This document shows positions 18,368-28,449 of a stretch of DNA of 64,000 nt, piece by piece. The notes below the pieces were generated by a model that ran no database searches, had not been told where the DNA came from, and saw nothing but the letters and a program-made list of their open reading frames with translations. Position 1 is the first letter of the stretch, and each line of letters starts with the position of its first letter. The translations under genes were made by a program, and so were the position numbers. The DNA is from a virus (Duplodnaviria; Heunggongvirae; Uroviricota; Caudoviricetes): positions 64,001 through 128,000 of the IMG/VR virus record IMGVR_UViG_3300048599_000194. One strand, given 5' to 3'.

Positions 18368-18961
18368 ATGAGCATAGGTGATAATCAACCTGAACCATTA
18401 TCTGAAGATGAGTATGCCGAGGCATCAAATAAAATGTCTATCATGCTCGCCCAACTTGGGGTAGACACTAGTGAAGTTCAGAGTAGACTGGTTGATTCCA
18501 TAATAGAAGCATGTGATGGGTTTACGTCAGAATTAGAAGTTGAATCAAAAGCAAACGACTTATATGGTTTGATATTTCATGAACAAATAGAAGGATATAT
18601 AAATGGGGCTTCTTACTTCGTTAAGACATTTAAGGAGTATGGAGAATCACTAGGACTTAAGTTGAAAATAGTTAATGTTGATGAAATTTCAGTAAATGCA
18701 GATACTTCACATGAATATATAATTGAGTCAACAACTAAGCTACTATCTATTTTAATTGAACATATGACCTCTACAAACGAGGAATCTGCAGAGACATTTA
18801 GGACCAAAATAAATTTGACGATTTCGATGTACATGGACACTTCCTTTATTCTCGGGTTGACAGACGCCAAGAGCTTAAATTATTTTGCTAATAAGGTCGA
18901 GGGTGTCGAGATCGGAGAACTAATCAAATTGCTTGAGGAAGTGTTCCCGAGAATTTTCTGA
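18368..18961 (+). CDS. Hypothetical acidic protein
   Basis: 197-aa ORF; TGTTACAAT 6 nt upstream. Confidence 0.75.
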   Translation: MSIGDNQPEPLSEDEYAEASNKMSIMLAQLGVDTSEVQSRLVDSIIEACDGFTSELEVESKANDLYGLIFHEQIEGYINGASYFVKTFKEYGESLGLKLKIVNVDEISVNADTSHEYIIESTTKLLSILIEHMTSTNEESAETFRTKINLTISMYMDTSFILGLTDAKSLNYFANKVEGVEIGELIKLLEEVFPRIF

Positions 18962-18981
18962 CACATCCCCGCTTATCGGAG

Positions 18982-20211
18982 ATGTACATGTTCCAATCAG
19001 AGTTCAGTGAATTAAAAAATTCACTAGATAAAACCGTCACCAGAAATCCAATTTTGACAAAAGAACAAGAGCACTTTGTGTTTTCTTGTATTTCTTGTGC
19101 AAAAAATAGGATATTTGGTTTGGCGTTGCAGGATGCAGATGCATATTCAACATTCGCATCTGAGGTTGCTCAGATTGTTTCAAAAGGAGATGCACATGAA
19201 ATCTTCATGACTCAGAAATTTGAAGGAGAATCAGAATATGATTCAAACTTCAATAAAACTATGCAGTTTGTTGATCGTATCGCCAATTGTAATTGCGATG
19301 ATGTGATAAAATCCATTCGCAGTTACAACATATCATATGACATTTTTTCTACATGTCTTTCTGTTTTTTTAGAAAAGCATTCAAACAATAAAGTTATCGA
19401 TATTCTTCTAAGTGATATGAATTACTACATTGAAAAAATATACCTATCTAATGTGAAGATAGTACTGAGAATACTTTCTGCGTATAGAAATACAGATGGA
19501 ATGACCGTTAAAGATTTATTCTCTGAAGGAATGATAGGGTTACGGCGTGCAATTGAACTATATAATTGCGACCTAGGTATTAAATTTAGTACATATGCAT
19601 CACAATGGATAAAGGCTTCAATTAATAGGGCAATTGCAGATAAGGAATCACTGATTAGAATTCCTGTAAATGTCCGTGAGCAGAGTAGAGAGGTAGAGCG
19701 AATTCGTAAAGAATTAAAATCACAATTAGGATACGAGCCTAGTGATGAAGAAATTATTGAGAAGATGAAGAAAAAGGTATCATCTCTAGCAAATATCGAC
19801 ATATCGTTTAATTACTATCAGATTGATTTAACTCCTAAAGAACAGTCTGAGCTTGGTAATTCTACAGTCACCGCCTCTTTCGAGGAAAACTTAGTCGATG
19901 TCAATATTATGGAAGAAACTGATTCAGTTACCATTAAAGATGTGCGACATGTCATTAGAGACTATATAGAGTCCGTCAATAGTGCAAAGGAAAAGTTCTA
20001 TCTCCAGTTCCACTTCGGATTAAATGAATCTAACGATATCAAGAGCAAAGAAGAAATTATGACTGAACTCAATATACTACCTAATGAATATGATAGAATT
20101 AGAAAAAGGGCAATATCTAACATTAAAAAGGCTTTATGTAGGAACAAGGTTGCATTAGATGCGTATGGACTTGCATCTGGATGGGATTCACATTCTAATT
20201 TGGAGTTTTAA
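18982..20211 (+). CDS. RpoD/sigma70-family RNA polymerase sigma factor
   Basis: Region 1.2 PILTKEQE; region 2 DLFSEGMIGLRRAIELY..LGIKFSTYASQWIKASINRAIADKESLIRIPVN; region 3 LGYEPSDEEI; region 4 HFGL...KSKEEI. Confidence 0.92.
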   Translation: MYMFQSEFSELKNSLDKTVTRNPILTKEQEHFVFSCISCAKNRIFGLALQDADAYSTFASEVAQIVSKGDAHEIFMTQKFEGESEYDSNFNKTMQFVDRIANCNCDDVIKSIRSYNISYDIFSTCLSVFLEKHSNNKVIDILLSDMNYYIEKIYLSNVKIVLRILSAYRNTDGMTVKDLFSEGMIGLRRAIELYNCDLGIKFSTYASQWIKASINRAIADKESLIRIPVNVREQSREVERIRKELKSQLGYEPSDEEIIEKMKKKVSSLANIDISFNYYQIDLTPKEQSELGNSTVTASFEENLVDVNIMEETDSVTIKDVRHVIRDYIESVNSAKEKFYLQFHFGLNESNDIKSKEEIMTELNILPNEYDRIRKRAISNIKKALCRNKVALDAYGLASGWDSHSNLEF

Positions 20212-20213
20212 GC

Positions 20214-20573
20214 ATGATTGAACTTTCTGGATATACTGGAAAAAGTGCAAATAGTGTAAGGGATAGGCTTCTAGCTTCTAAAGAAATGAAGACTAATAAA
20301 CCCACAACTCAAAAGAAATATACAGTAAGATATTCAATACAAACATTAGTCATGGGTAAGGGGTTTTCAATCATCGCAGATGGATTGACCGATCCAGTAT
20401 GCGTCGAAACTGAAGTCAGTTCAATAGAAGATTTTGAGACATATGTAGTATCAAGCATGTCTAAGAAACATAAAAACCCTCAACAAATGAAGAACGATAA
20501 GAAGCATACTATATTTTCATATGCTTCCGACGATCTCATGTATGTTGATATTGTTGATTTCAAAGGTAATTAA
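20214..20573 (+). CDS. Hypothetical protein
   Basis: 119-aa ORF starting 2 nt after the sigma gene. Confidence 0.7.
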   Translation: MIELSGYTGKSANSVRDRLLASKEMKTNKPTTQKKYTVRYSIQTLVMGKGFSIIADGLTDPVCVETEVSSIEDFETYVVSSMSKKHKNPQQMKNDKKHTIFSYASDDLMYVDIVDFKGN

Positions 20574-21325
20574 TATGCGGCTCCGAGTGGTGGGGCCGAT
20601 TCACTTTTTAGCATATTAAACCAAGTTTCAAACATTTCCTTGCCGTCGTTTTTTATTTCCGTTGCATTAACTCTACCCCCACCAGGAAGAGTTCTATCGT
20701 ATTTACCTAGTGAGCGACCCCATATCTGCATCAATAATCCAGATGCAATTTTCACAAAAAATGGATGTCCATATACGGTACCAAGTTCAGCCCTTTTATA
20801 TGCCTGCCCAACAATAGTCCTAGGGAATCCAGTTGCGCGAGGTGGGGGGAATATATGCAATTCTTTTTCACCCTTTTCATTTACTATTAGTTTTGGGTAA
20901 AAATGTTCACCAACTGCCTTGTTCACTTCAGATAAGAATAATCTAGACGATGTATATGAAACAATATCCCATTCGTTGAAATTTGCATTTAATGAAATTA
21001 ATGTTTCCATCGAACTAGTGTCAACCATCATAAACGGAGACTGTAATATCCCTCCAGTAGATGGCCACATCTCGATCACTCCTTCAATATTATATGGCAT
21101 TTTATATACAGATTGACCTGGAACTGCGGGTATCATGACCCACGTCTGATATACTGATTCATTTGTGTTATATCTAAAATATAAATCAAGGGTTTCATTT
21201 ATTGCTTTGTCTAGGTGATTCATTGGGCTAATTGCATCTGGCAATAGCTTTAGGTTAATATCTACCATAGGAGCGCCAAGCTCCAACAAAATTAATTCTT
21301 TTACTTGATCTCTTGTGATAAACAT
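20570..21325 (-). CDS. gp13: Neck/head-completion protein
   Basis: VKELILLELGAPMVDINL and WGRSLGKYDRTLPGGGRVNA match T4 gp13 termini. Confidence 0.85.
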   Translation of the reverse strand: MFITRDQVKELILLELGAPMVDINLKLLPDAISPMNHLDKAINETLDLYFRYNTNESVYQTWVMIPAVPGQSVYKMPYNIEGVIEMWPSTGGILQSPFMMVDTSSMETLISLNANFNEWDIVSYTSSRLFLSEVNKAVGEHFYPKLIVNEKGEKELHIFPPPRATGFPRTIVGQAYKRAELGTVYGHPFFVKIASGLLMQIWGRSLGKYDRTLPGGGRVNATEIKNDGKEMFETWFNMLKSESAPPLGAAY

Positions 21326-21370
21326 GTAGATATTTAGTTTATCTTAATAAATAAACCTAGAGGTGAATTA

Positions 21371-22210
21371 ATGAAAATGTATCACGTTAAGGACTTGATC
21401 TCAAGTACGATAATGGAATCCGGGTTCCCCAAGACTAAATTAGGGTATCCTAAGCATTTAATGGAGTGTATTACTAATCGAACATTTTTAGAATCTTCTG
21501 CATTGAATAGTTCGACTCTTAACAGAGTCGCTGATAAGGTAATTGCCGAATTGAATAGGAAAGGATCCGTAGATCCATCCGCATTTAGTGCATTGGTGGT
21601 GTTTGAAGACAAGGTTAATAATATATTGAAGCAGTTAACAGCCCAATACCATAATGAGACTGATGCCGAATCAAAGAAACAAATTGCTAAGATTGTTACC
21701 GGATATAAATTCCTATCGAATCCTGCGCAGGATGGGATTCTTAAGAAAGCCTTAGCCGCATCTAAGAGCGCCCCTGGCAATAGATTAGTTAAGTTCATTA
21801 GCACTATAATTCAGTTGGTTGCTGAGAAAAAGGACGGACATCCAATTGAAGACTTTAAGGCAGAGGTCACTCACCTACGAGATGCCATTAGTAAGTTTTA
21901 TTACGACGGATTCCCTTTCCAGGCCACCATTAAACCATATAAAGAACATCTACTTGGATCTGATAGTATAATTGAGATTATGGATAAAATCGCAGATGCA
22001 TTGATTGAGGATGAGCCTCAGATCAGTACAATGAATAAGCCTGTTATTTCATATAGTGATAATACAAGAGGTGGATTTCAGAAGAATATTTCAACTGGGG
22101 GGCATTCTCCTATATTCACCGATCATCAGACTAATTACAAATACGAATCACAGCAAACCTTCATGGAAGCATTTGCTGAATCACTTGACTATTTTTCTCG
22201 TAAAAGCTAA
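21371..22210 (+). CDS. Hypothetical, probable internal head protein
   Basis: Late TAAATA plus SD GAGGTG; gp21-type cleavage motifs IMES, FLES, FAES. Confidence 0.65.
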   Translation: MKMYHVKDLISSTIMESGFPKTKLGYPKHLMECITNRTFLESSALNSSTLNRVADKVIAELNRKGSVDPSAFSALVVFEDKVNNILKQLTAQYHNETDAESKKQIAKIVTGYKFLSNPAQDGILKKALAASKSAPGNRLVKFISTIIQLVAEKKDGHPIEDFKAEVTHLRDAISKFYYDGFPFQATIKPYKEHLLGSDSIIEIMDKIADALIEDEPQISTMNKPVISYSDNTRGGFQKNISTGGHSPIFTDHQTNYKYESQQTFMEAFAESLDYFSRKS

Positions 22211-22547
22211 CAATATTAAATCGATCTAAGTAGGTTAAAATACTTTTTCTAAAGCCTCTCATTGTTGGGAGGCTTTTTTTAATTATGTCACTGTACATTA
22301 TTTCTTTGCTGGAAATTTTATACCCTAGATAATAGAATACTTCTAATATTGTCTTAAGATTATCGACTCTTAAGTAATTTCTTTCGTCATGTTCTTCGCA
22401 TATTCTGTCTGAGAATCCAAGATAGAAAGCCTCGATATGAGTTTCATCTAATAGTTCAAGAGAAATTCTACCTGTTTTCATAACAATACTATCTTCAGCA
22501 TTAATTCCACTATGAATGTCAAGCATAATAACCTCCTTTTCCTTCAA
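22161..22547 (-). CDS. Hypothetical protein (true start probably ATG at 22526)
   Basis: Strong SD AAGGAGG precedes the internal ATG (MLDIH). Confidence 0.65.
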   Translation of the reverse strand: MKEKEVIMLDIHSGINAEDSIVMKTGRISLELLDETHIEAFYLGFSDRICEEHDERNYLRVDNLKTILEVFYYLGYKISSKEIMYSDIIKKSLPTMRGFRKSILTYLDRFNIVSFYEKNSQVIQQMLP

Positions 22548-22581
22548 CTAAGATACTACTACGAAACCAAAAAGTAAACAC

Positions 22582-22611
22582 AAAAAAAGGGTCGGCATTA
22601 CTGCCGACCCC
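22582..22611 (-). terminator. Rho-independent terminator after the major capsid gene
   Basis: GGGTCGGCA-GTAA-TGCCGACCC followed by TTTTTTT on the minus strand. Confidence 0.92.
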
Positions 22612-22639
22612 TAAGACTCAAATCAACACTTAACTATGA

Positions 22640-23971
22640 TTAGTAGCTGGTGGTGATGTTGGTGAACACGTTACCGAAGTAGCTGTTTAGACCGGTGAAA
22701 CGAATCTCACGGTAGAACAAGCCAGATCCGAATAGGTTGTCGAGGATTGCGTAACGGGTCTTGAGGATGATACGAGGCGATGCATCTTCGGAACCGACGG
22801 TCTTCTGAACCATGAGAGGGATATAAGGTAGGTAAACGATACCGGCGTGTCCAGGCTTCTGACCCTTGTAACCGACAAGCGCGTAGCTGTTAGTTGCAAA
22901 GGTATCGACGTAGATGTCGATCTTGGAGCCGTGGAGAGTTCCAACCTTGACACCCATCACAGTGCCATCAACGTCTGCAGTGTTTGCAGTGAAGACGCCA
23001 GTGTTCAAGCTCTGGAGTGCAGTTGCAACGTCCTGAGAGACAATTGCGAAGTTACCAGGGCCAAGACGAGTGGTACGACGTAGGAAGTTAGCGGCGGCGA
23101 TGATTGCATTGACCACGTTGGAGAACTTCTCCTGCGACCAGCGACCGTCACCTGCAATTACGCTACCCGAAGAGGTTGCGCCTGGGGTCACGTCGATGAC
23201 GAAAGGAGTTGCTCCGCCTAGAGCGGTATTGATTGCGGCAGAACGCATGCGGATTAGAAGCTCACGATCAAGCTCCTGCTGAAGCTCGTACTGGAGTCCT
23301 TCCATCATGAGAGTCTCGACATCCTGTCCGTGGACAGCGGCCAAGTCCTGCTGTAGTTCAATGGTGTAAGCGGTCTTGATTGCACGGGATCCAGCCTTGA
23401 CAGCCTTGGACTCAACAACCAATTTACCACGAGCAATCTGAGCGCCATCAGGTGCATTTGCAGTGCCGAGGTTCTGCAAGGTAGCCTGACCAGGAACTTC
23501 AGAGTAATTGGATAGCAATTCACCCTGTGCGGTAGTGAATGCAGAAGGAGCGGCAGAAGTACCACGACCAGTGAAAGCTGGATTAATGGTATTATACCCC
23601 ATTTCATTTCCAATGAAGTTGCCATTACCATCGTACAATGCATTACCATCGTCATATGCGAAACGCATTGCATATGCCAATCCGGTAGGTCCAGTCAAAG
23701 GCTGTACCTGGGTCACGTTCATAGCCAAAAGCTCAGGGAGCATACGGCGAACGATTGGCATTGCGTACTGCTGGAAGGTGGCCATATCACTGGTCACGTT
23801 CTGCGACTCAGGAAGGAATCCCTTGTTTAGCTTGTACTGGTTCTCAAGACAGACGGACATCACAGCGGCCTGTGCAGTTCCCTCAACCTTGCGTCCAACC
23901 TGGGTGGACTCGATAACTGGTGCCCACTTCTTCATTAGCGAGCCATGCTTAGAATAGAGACTAGTTGACAT
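22640..23971 (-). CDS. gp23: Major capsid protein
   Basis: KKWAPVIE, LENQ, PIVRRMLPELLA, VQPLTGPTGLAYAMR, SRAIKTAYTIELQQDLAAVHGQDVE, VGYKG, YLPYIPL, KTRYA; strongly biased codons. Confidence 0.98.
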   Translation of the reverse strand: MSTSLYSKHGSLMKKWAPVIESTQVGRKVEGTAQAAVMSVCLENQYKLNKGFLPESQNVTSDMATFQQYAMPIVRRMLPELLAMNVTQVQPLTGPTGLAYAMRFAYDDGNALYDGNGNFIGNEMGYNTINPAFTGRGTSAAPSAFTTAQGELLSNYSEVPGQATLQNLGTANAPDGAQIARGKLVVESKAVKAGSRAIKTAYTIELQQDLAAVHGQDVETLMMEGLQYELQQELDRELLIRMRSAAINTALGGATPFVIDVTPGATSSGSVIAGDGRWSQEKFSNVVNAIIAAANFLRRTTRLGPGNFAIVSQDVATALQSLNTGVFTANTADVDGTVMGVKVGTLHGSKIDIYVDTFATNSYALVGYKGQKPGHAGIVYLPYIPLMVQKTVGSEDASPRIILKTRYAILDNLFGSGLFYREIRFTGLNSYFGNVFTNITTSY

Positions 23972-23995
23972 TTCTATTTTTCCTCTTTGTAGTTA

Positions 23996-24028
23996 ATAAG
24001 GAATTATCCGTTCCTTGTTTAATATTTA
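23996..24028 (-). promoter_or_regulatory. Late promoter CTAAATA plus 5' leader hairpin of gp23 mRNA
   Basis: TAAATA at 24023-24028, then the hairpin AAGGAA-CGGATAA-TTCCTT, then SD AGAGG. Confidence 0.65.
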
Positions 24029-24077
24029 GCCAGTTTTTAACTGTGCATAAAAAACATGCCAAAATGTGTATAAGAAT

Positions 24078-24105
24078 AAAAAAGGCCATCATTAGATGGC
24101 CTTTT
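24078..24105. terminator. Terminator hairpin after gp22 (bidirectional appearance)
   Basis: AAAAGGCCATC-ATTA-GATGGCCTTTT flanked by A and T runs. Confidence 0.85.
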
Positions 24106-24128
24106 ACTTACTAAATGTCTTTTGTATA

Positions 24129-24833
24129 TTACAAGTGACCGAAATCACGCATAAATTCATCCGCAGGGCCTAATTCAACTTCTTCATCAGGTACTCTGAA
24201 TTCTGACGATTCGTTAACAATTCTCTTCTTGAGTCCAGGTATACTAATATTCTTAGAAGGTTTGAATTTACCTTTATTATTAGTAGTTCCCTCTAGGATT
24301 GATTCAACTTCATCTATATCAGAGTCTATTGATTCAAATTGAACAGTTTTCTGAGTTTGTTTTCTAGTGTTTACGAAATTAGTCAATTGCTTAACTAATT
24401 CATCATCAGACATTTCAGATTCGCCTTGAAATTTAGAAATTGCTTCTCTGATAATATCCTTATGTAGTCCTGCCAAATTACTTGAAATCATTTCATGTAA
24501 CTTAACTCTCATTTTTAGCTCCTTGATTTTCTTTGACTGATTATTGATCATTTCCGTCTGTTCTGTTATTATACCAACAACTTCAGATGGAATTTCGTTA
24601 GATTCGTTTTTACCAGCATTAAGAATTCCACTCTCTTTTAATGCTCTTACCATTGACTCCACAATTGGCTTATATACTTCTACTTGAGCTTTGAGTTCAG
24701 GTGATTCGAATGATTTAGCTATTATTGACTCGGCTATAAAATTATTCAGCCGAGTGTTCAATTCATCACGCAAACCTTCGAATTTTTCTCTGTATTGGGA
24801 TTCTAGGCTATTTTTATCAGGTGTTATGCTCAT
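24129..24833 (-). CDS. gp22: Prohead scaffolding protein
   Basis: Acidic helical protein between the protease and capsid genes; many (I/L/F)xES motifs. Confidence 0.75.
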   Translation of the reverse strand: MSITPDKNSLESQYREKFEGLRDELNTRLNNFIAESIIAKSFESPELKAQVEVYKPIVESMVRALKESGILNAGKNESNEIPSEVVGIITEQTEMINNQSKKIKELKMRVKLHEMISSNLAGLHKDIIREAISKFQGESEMSDDELVKQLTNFVNTRKQTQKTVQFESIDSDIDEVESILEGTTNNKGKFKPSKNISIPGLKKRIVNESSEFRVPDEEVELGPADEFMRDFGHL

Positions 24834-24837
24834 TGTA

Positions 24838-25593
24838 TTAGCCCTTTAATGCTTCCAGTAATTTGCCGATTGAGTGATATTCAGTCTCCATTGTAATGTT
24901 GTTCTTCTTAGTATTGTAATCAACTTCTCGCCTAAACTCCTTAACAGCTTTCTCAACAGCTTCAGTAATCAATGGAATCTGATGAGAATTAACTGCCTCT
25001 GTAATAGCATGAAGCATAGCTGGCTTTCCGTAGGATGGACGACCAACAATATCAACTGTAATTAATTCATAGTCATCTGCAACATACAGGCGACCATTCA
25101 TCTTATATACTGAACCAAGTCCCCTAAGTGAATTTCCTACTGGAATTCCATTCTTAACTAATGCGGCTATAATAGCTCCACATGGAAGATCAGTGATCAC
25201 TCTTGACTTGATCTTCATCTCATCGCCAACCATGTACAATTTTTCAATTAAATGGCAGGCTTTTTCTAAGTTAATTTCAGTTACCGGAAGTAAAATATGC
25301 TCACCTTCGCTAGTGACAGCCGGATGGTTTAATTCACCCAATGAATTGAATGTCTCTATATATGTCTTTGTAAACTTTTTCGACTGCCTATCCATATGAT
25401 CAGTCGAATATATTCTACCGTTAATTCCCTCAACTTCACATACTATGGCAGTTCCCTCTAATTTAAGTCTCTTCTCGTTACTATCAAACACACTTTCAAA
25501 TACAGGTTTTAGCTGGTTTTCGGCTTGATAATCTGCAATCGTAGATCCCTTTTTATTGACTACGTCATAACCTTCCAATATTAGCTTACCCAT
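24838..25593 (-). CDS. gp21: Prohead protease
   Basis: NGRIYS, SLGELNHP (His), GNSLRGLGS (Ser), DIVGRPS. Confidence 0.95.
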   Translation of the reverse strand: MGKLILEGYDVVNKKGSTIADYQAENQLKPVFESVFDSNEKRLKLEGTAIVCEVEGINGRIYSTDHMDRQSKKFTKTYIETFNSLGELNHPAVTSEGEHILLPVTEINLEKACHLIEKLYMVGDEMKIKSRVITDLPCGAIIAALVKNGIPVGNSLRGLGSVYKMNGRLYVADDYELITVDIVGRPSYGKPAMLHAITEAVNSHQIPLITEAVEKAVKEFRREVDYNTKKNNITMETEYHSIGKLLEALKG

Positions 25594-25750
25594 TTAATTC
25601 TTCCTTTATCTTTTTGGAATATTCTAGTATTAATGATTTTTCTGTATTATGTATTGACTCTTGCAAATACTTATTAAATGACGATAAATCTTTATTGAGT
25701 AGAGATTCTACTAATCTATTCTTACTCATTGAATTACCAGAAACTTCCAT
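25586..25750 (-). CDS. Small prohead core protein (gp67-like position), 54 aa, absent from the ORF track
   Basis: MEVSGNSMSKNRLVESLLNKDLSSFNKYLQESIHNTEKSLILEYSKKIKEELNG*; TAAATA 6 nt upstream; overlaps the gp21 start. Confidence 0.7.
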   Translation of the reverse strand: MEVSGNSMSKNRLVESLLNKDLSSFNKYLQESIHNTEKSLILEYSKKIKEELNG

Positions 25751-25785
25751 GATTATTATTTAGTTTTACTTAAAATTAGATTGAA

Positions 25786-27639
25786 TTATCCAATGTTCTC
25801 TGCGGTTGCAGGTGCTTCACCTTCACCTGGGATTTCTGGTGTTTCTGGTGGTAGTGACTCTTCAGCACCAACTTCAGGCTCACCCCCCATTCCATTTGCG
25901 GCTGTTTCTATTCCACCAAATTGACCACCGCCTCCAGCGCCAGTCATATCTGCCGGATTGGAAAGTTCCATATTCTCTTGATCCATTTTCTTTTTCTTAG
26001 TTATATTTCTTGCAGTCTGCAAACGCTCACGCTGAATTAATGTCATATTCTCGGCGAATTCTTCATCCGTTAGATTGAAATATTTCTTCAATACAAATTC
26101 TTTGGAGAATATTGCGTTAGGGCCTTCTGTTCCGTCATCTATATATTTTGCGGCTTTATCTAGAATATCAAATCGAGTATTAGTGACTTCGGCTTCTTTA
26201 TACAGCTTGAATAGATTAGACTGTGTGAATAAGCAGGTAAAGAACTTTTCATTCTTTAAGTCATCTTCATATTTTTCCATTGTTTCCAAATACATCACAA
26301 ACAACGGAATTACTACTTGAGTTGAAAATGATCGCTGTAATCTCTCGATGAATCGTGTCAATACGATTTCATCGCGAGTAATCTCACCCGGTTTCCCGAC
26401 AGTTGCTTGACCTTGCTGTTGCCCGGCCAATGTAACGCTACGTGATGCTGGGAATAATAGTGCCTGATAAAGTAATTGCTTAAAATAGTTTAGGTCAGTT
26501 ATCTCACCTAAGTTAGCTCCTGCGGGAATGGTATCAATTTTAGCGGCCTGAGAACCCTCAGGTAGAGCAAAATAATAATCTTCCATCATTGCAGTTATTT
26601 TCTCAAGTCCTACAATAGAACCATCTTCTGTATTATAGTAGAGCCTGCGATTTAGATTTTCTGACTGTCTACGTAGATGCTCTTCTGCCTTAATTGGGGG
26701 CATATTGCCAGTTGGAATGTAGAAAGCCCTTTTTTCATGACCTCTGAGGATTCTGTATCTAACAATGGAGTCTTCGATGTTCTTTAACTGATTAGCTACC
26801 TTGCGAGCATTTTCCAAGAAAGACAGGCGATCATTGATTCCACCAAATCCTCTCTCCTTATAGTCCCACCATAGAATTTGATTGGGGTGATAATCTATGT
26901 AATCCTTGGTAAGATCTCCACCCATCGTATAATACGTCATGTTCTGACGATTTGTATCATAGGCAGTTTTGTCGATAATTTGACGATATCCGACGACTAC
27001 ACCATCTTCAACAACAACAATCATATTATATGAAGGAAGTAACCTAACGCCAGTTACTTTATTCATTGAATCTGAATATCCAACTTCATAGAATATACTT
27101 CCTTCAATGAGGAACTTCTTAAACCAATCCCAAGCATTGTCGTCAAAATCCATTACACATTGCAACATTTCATTGAAATCTTGCTGTAATTGTACCTTTG
27201 TCGCATTTCCGATTGCTATGTTTGGGAAATTGTCGTTAATCTTTAATGAAGCTATTTGACTCGATTCATTTGTAACAATAGCTTCATTACAAATAGTTTC
27301 TATTACATATCTAACTTCAGGTCTTTTCGATAGTCTAACATAATTAGAATATCGAATTCTTAGTTGATCTGACCATTGGCTTGTTAGTTTATCAGCTAAG
27401 TCTTTCCTTCGGTCTAGAGGATCCTTGTTCCCATAGTTATATAGTACGACTGCAGCTTGTGTACCTAATATGTCGTTAATTGAATCTTCAGACTGACCTA
27501 TTTGATTTTTTCGTGCATTACTTCGACGCTCATTTTCGACTTGTCGAAAATCATCGAAATTAGAATATACAGGGTTATGAGTTACATCAGTAATTCTAGT
27601 GTTGCCCCTTAGGCCCTGAATAGGTCGTCTAATCGCCAT
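25786..27639 (-). CDS. gp20: Portal protein
   Basis: PEV..IE.I.NEAI, ARKVANQLKNIEDSIVRYRI, FYIPTGNMP..KAEEHL, MMEDYYF, EITRDE..FIERLQ. Confidence 0.97.
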   Translation of the reverse strand: MAIRRPIQGLRGNTRITDVTHNPVYSNFDDFRQVENERRSNARKNQIGQSEDSINDILGTQAAVVLYNYGNKDPLDRRKDLADKLTSQWSDQLRIRYSNYVRLSKRPEVRYVIETICNEAIVTNESSQIASLKINDNFPNIAIGNATKVQLQQDFNEMLQCVMDFDDNAWDWFKKFLIEGSIFYEVGYSDSMNKVTGVRLLPSYNMIVVVEDGVVVGYRQIIDKTAYDTNRQNMTYYTMGGDLTKDYIDYHPNQILWWDYKERGFGGINDRLSFLENARKVANQLKNIEDSIVRYRILRGHEKRAFYIPTGNMPPIKAEEHLRRQSENLNRRLYYNTEDGSIVGLEKITAMMEDYYFALPEGSQAAKIDTIPAGANLGEITDLNYFKQLLYQALLFPASRSVTLAGQQQGQATVGKPGEITRDEIVLTRFIERLQRSFSTQVVIPLFVMYLETMEKYEDDLKNEKFFTCLFTQSNLFKLYKEAEVTNTRFDILDKAAKYIDDGTEGPNAIFSKEFVLKKYFNLTDEEFAENMTLIQRERLQTARNITKKKKMDQENMELSNPADMTGAGGGGQFGGIETAANGMGGEPEVGAEESLPPETPEIPGEGEAPATAENIG

Positions 27640-27660
27640 TATATTGAATTCCTTTTTATT

Positions 27661-28449
27661 TTATTTTAACAGCTTCTTTAGTTCAGTAAATACTGAGTCA
27701 TTTTTATTTGCAAGAAGTGCGAATACTACCGAGCTAATTGGCTTGTTTCTCTTTACAAGCGACCCTGTTTCTGGATTGTACTTGTAGTGGCGTCTGACGT
27801 AGAATTCTTCTTTCTTACTTAGTTTCTTACCGCCACCTGCAAGTTTGATCAGACGCTCACGAATTATTGAATTAGCTCTACATAGATCAGATATTTTTTG
27901 TGCTATTTTCTTTGATGATATATCTTCAACTTCACCGTCGATGCCAACCACGTATGACTTATATACTTCGCTTAGATTTCTAGCATTATTAAACATCACC
28001 CCAGAAATGTCTAAATTTCCAAAAACTCCATTTTGAGAATAAAATCCAGCTTCCTTGGCAATTCGAAGAATGTATAGGTAAACTGCCTGAACAATATCGA
28101 ACTCTAATGGAATGTCATTTATGTATTGTATTTCCGACAGTGTCGGAATGGCAACGCCAGATTCACTTGTCAGTTTTGAATCTTTTAAGAAATCAATGTC
28201 GTCTTCATCAAAAACTAAAGAGGTTAATACGAGCATGACCTTATTCTTCACTACCTTATCAACATCAACCCCATTCAAATATTGAATCATCGCATCTACG
28301 GCGCGAATGTACCCATCAGTTAACGCATACATGTATTCTTTATTAGCGTCGATTAATTCTCGCTGTAACTTTGGTGTATTACTACCACCAAATAAATCAG
28401 CATCAATATCATTACTAATTTTCAAATTACTATTCATTGCTTCAGACAT
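27661..28449 (-). CDS. Hypothetical head-associated protein
   Basis: 262-aa ORF directly upstream of portal. Confidence 0.7.
   Translation of the reverse strand: MSEAMNSNLKISNDIDADLFGGSNTPKLQRELIDANKEYMYALTDGYIRAVDAMIQYLNGVDVDKVVKNKVMLVLTSLVFDEDDIDFLKDSKLTSESGVAIPTLSEIQYINDIPLEFDIVQAVYLYILRIAKEAGFYSQNGVFGNLDISGVMFNNARNLSEVYKSYVVGIDGEVEDISSKKIAQKISDLCRANSIIRERLIKLAGGGKKLSKKEEFYVRRHYKYNPETGSLVKRNKPISSVVFALLANKNDSVFTELKKLLK

Noticed and set aside
22687-23957. Overlapping and antisense ORFs within gp23 (and similar shadow ORFs elsewhere)
   Set aside because: Explained by codon bias of the real gene; no start signals or recognisable motifs
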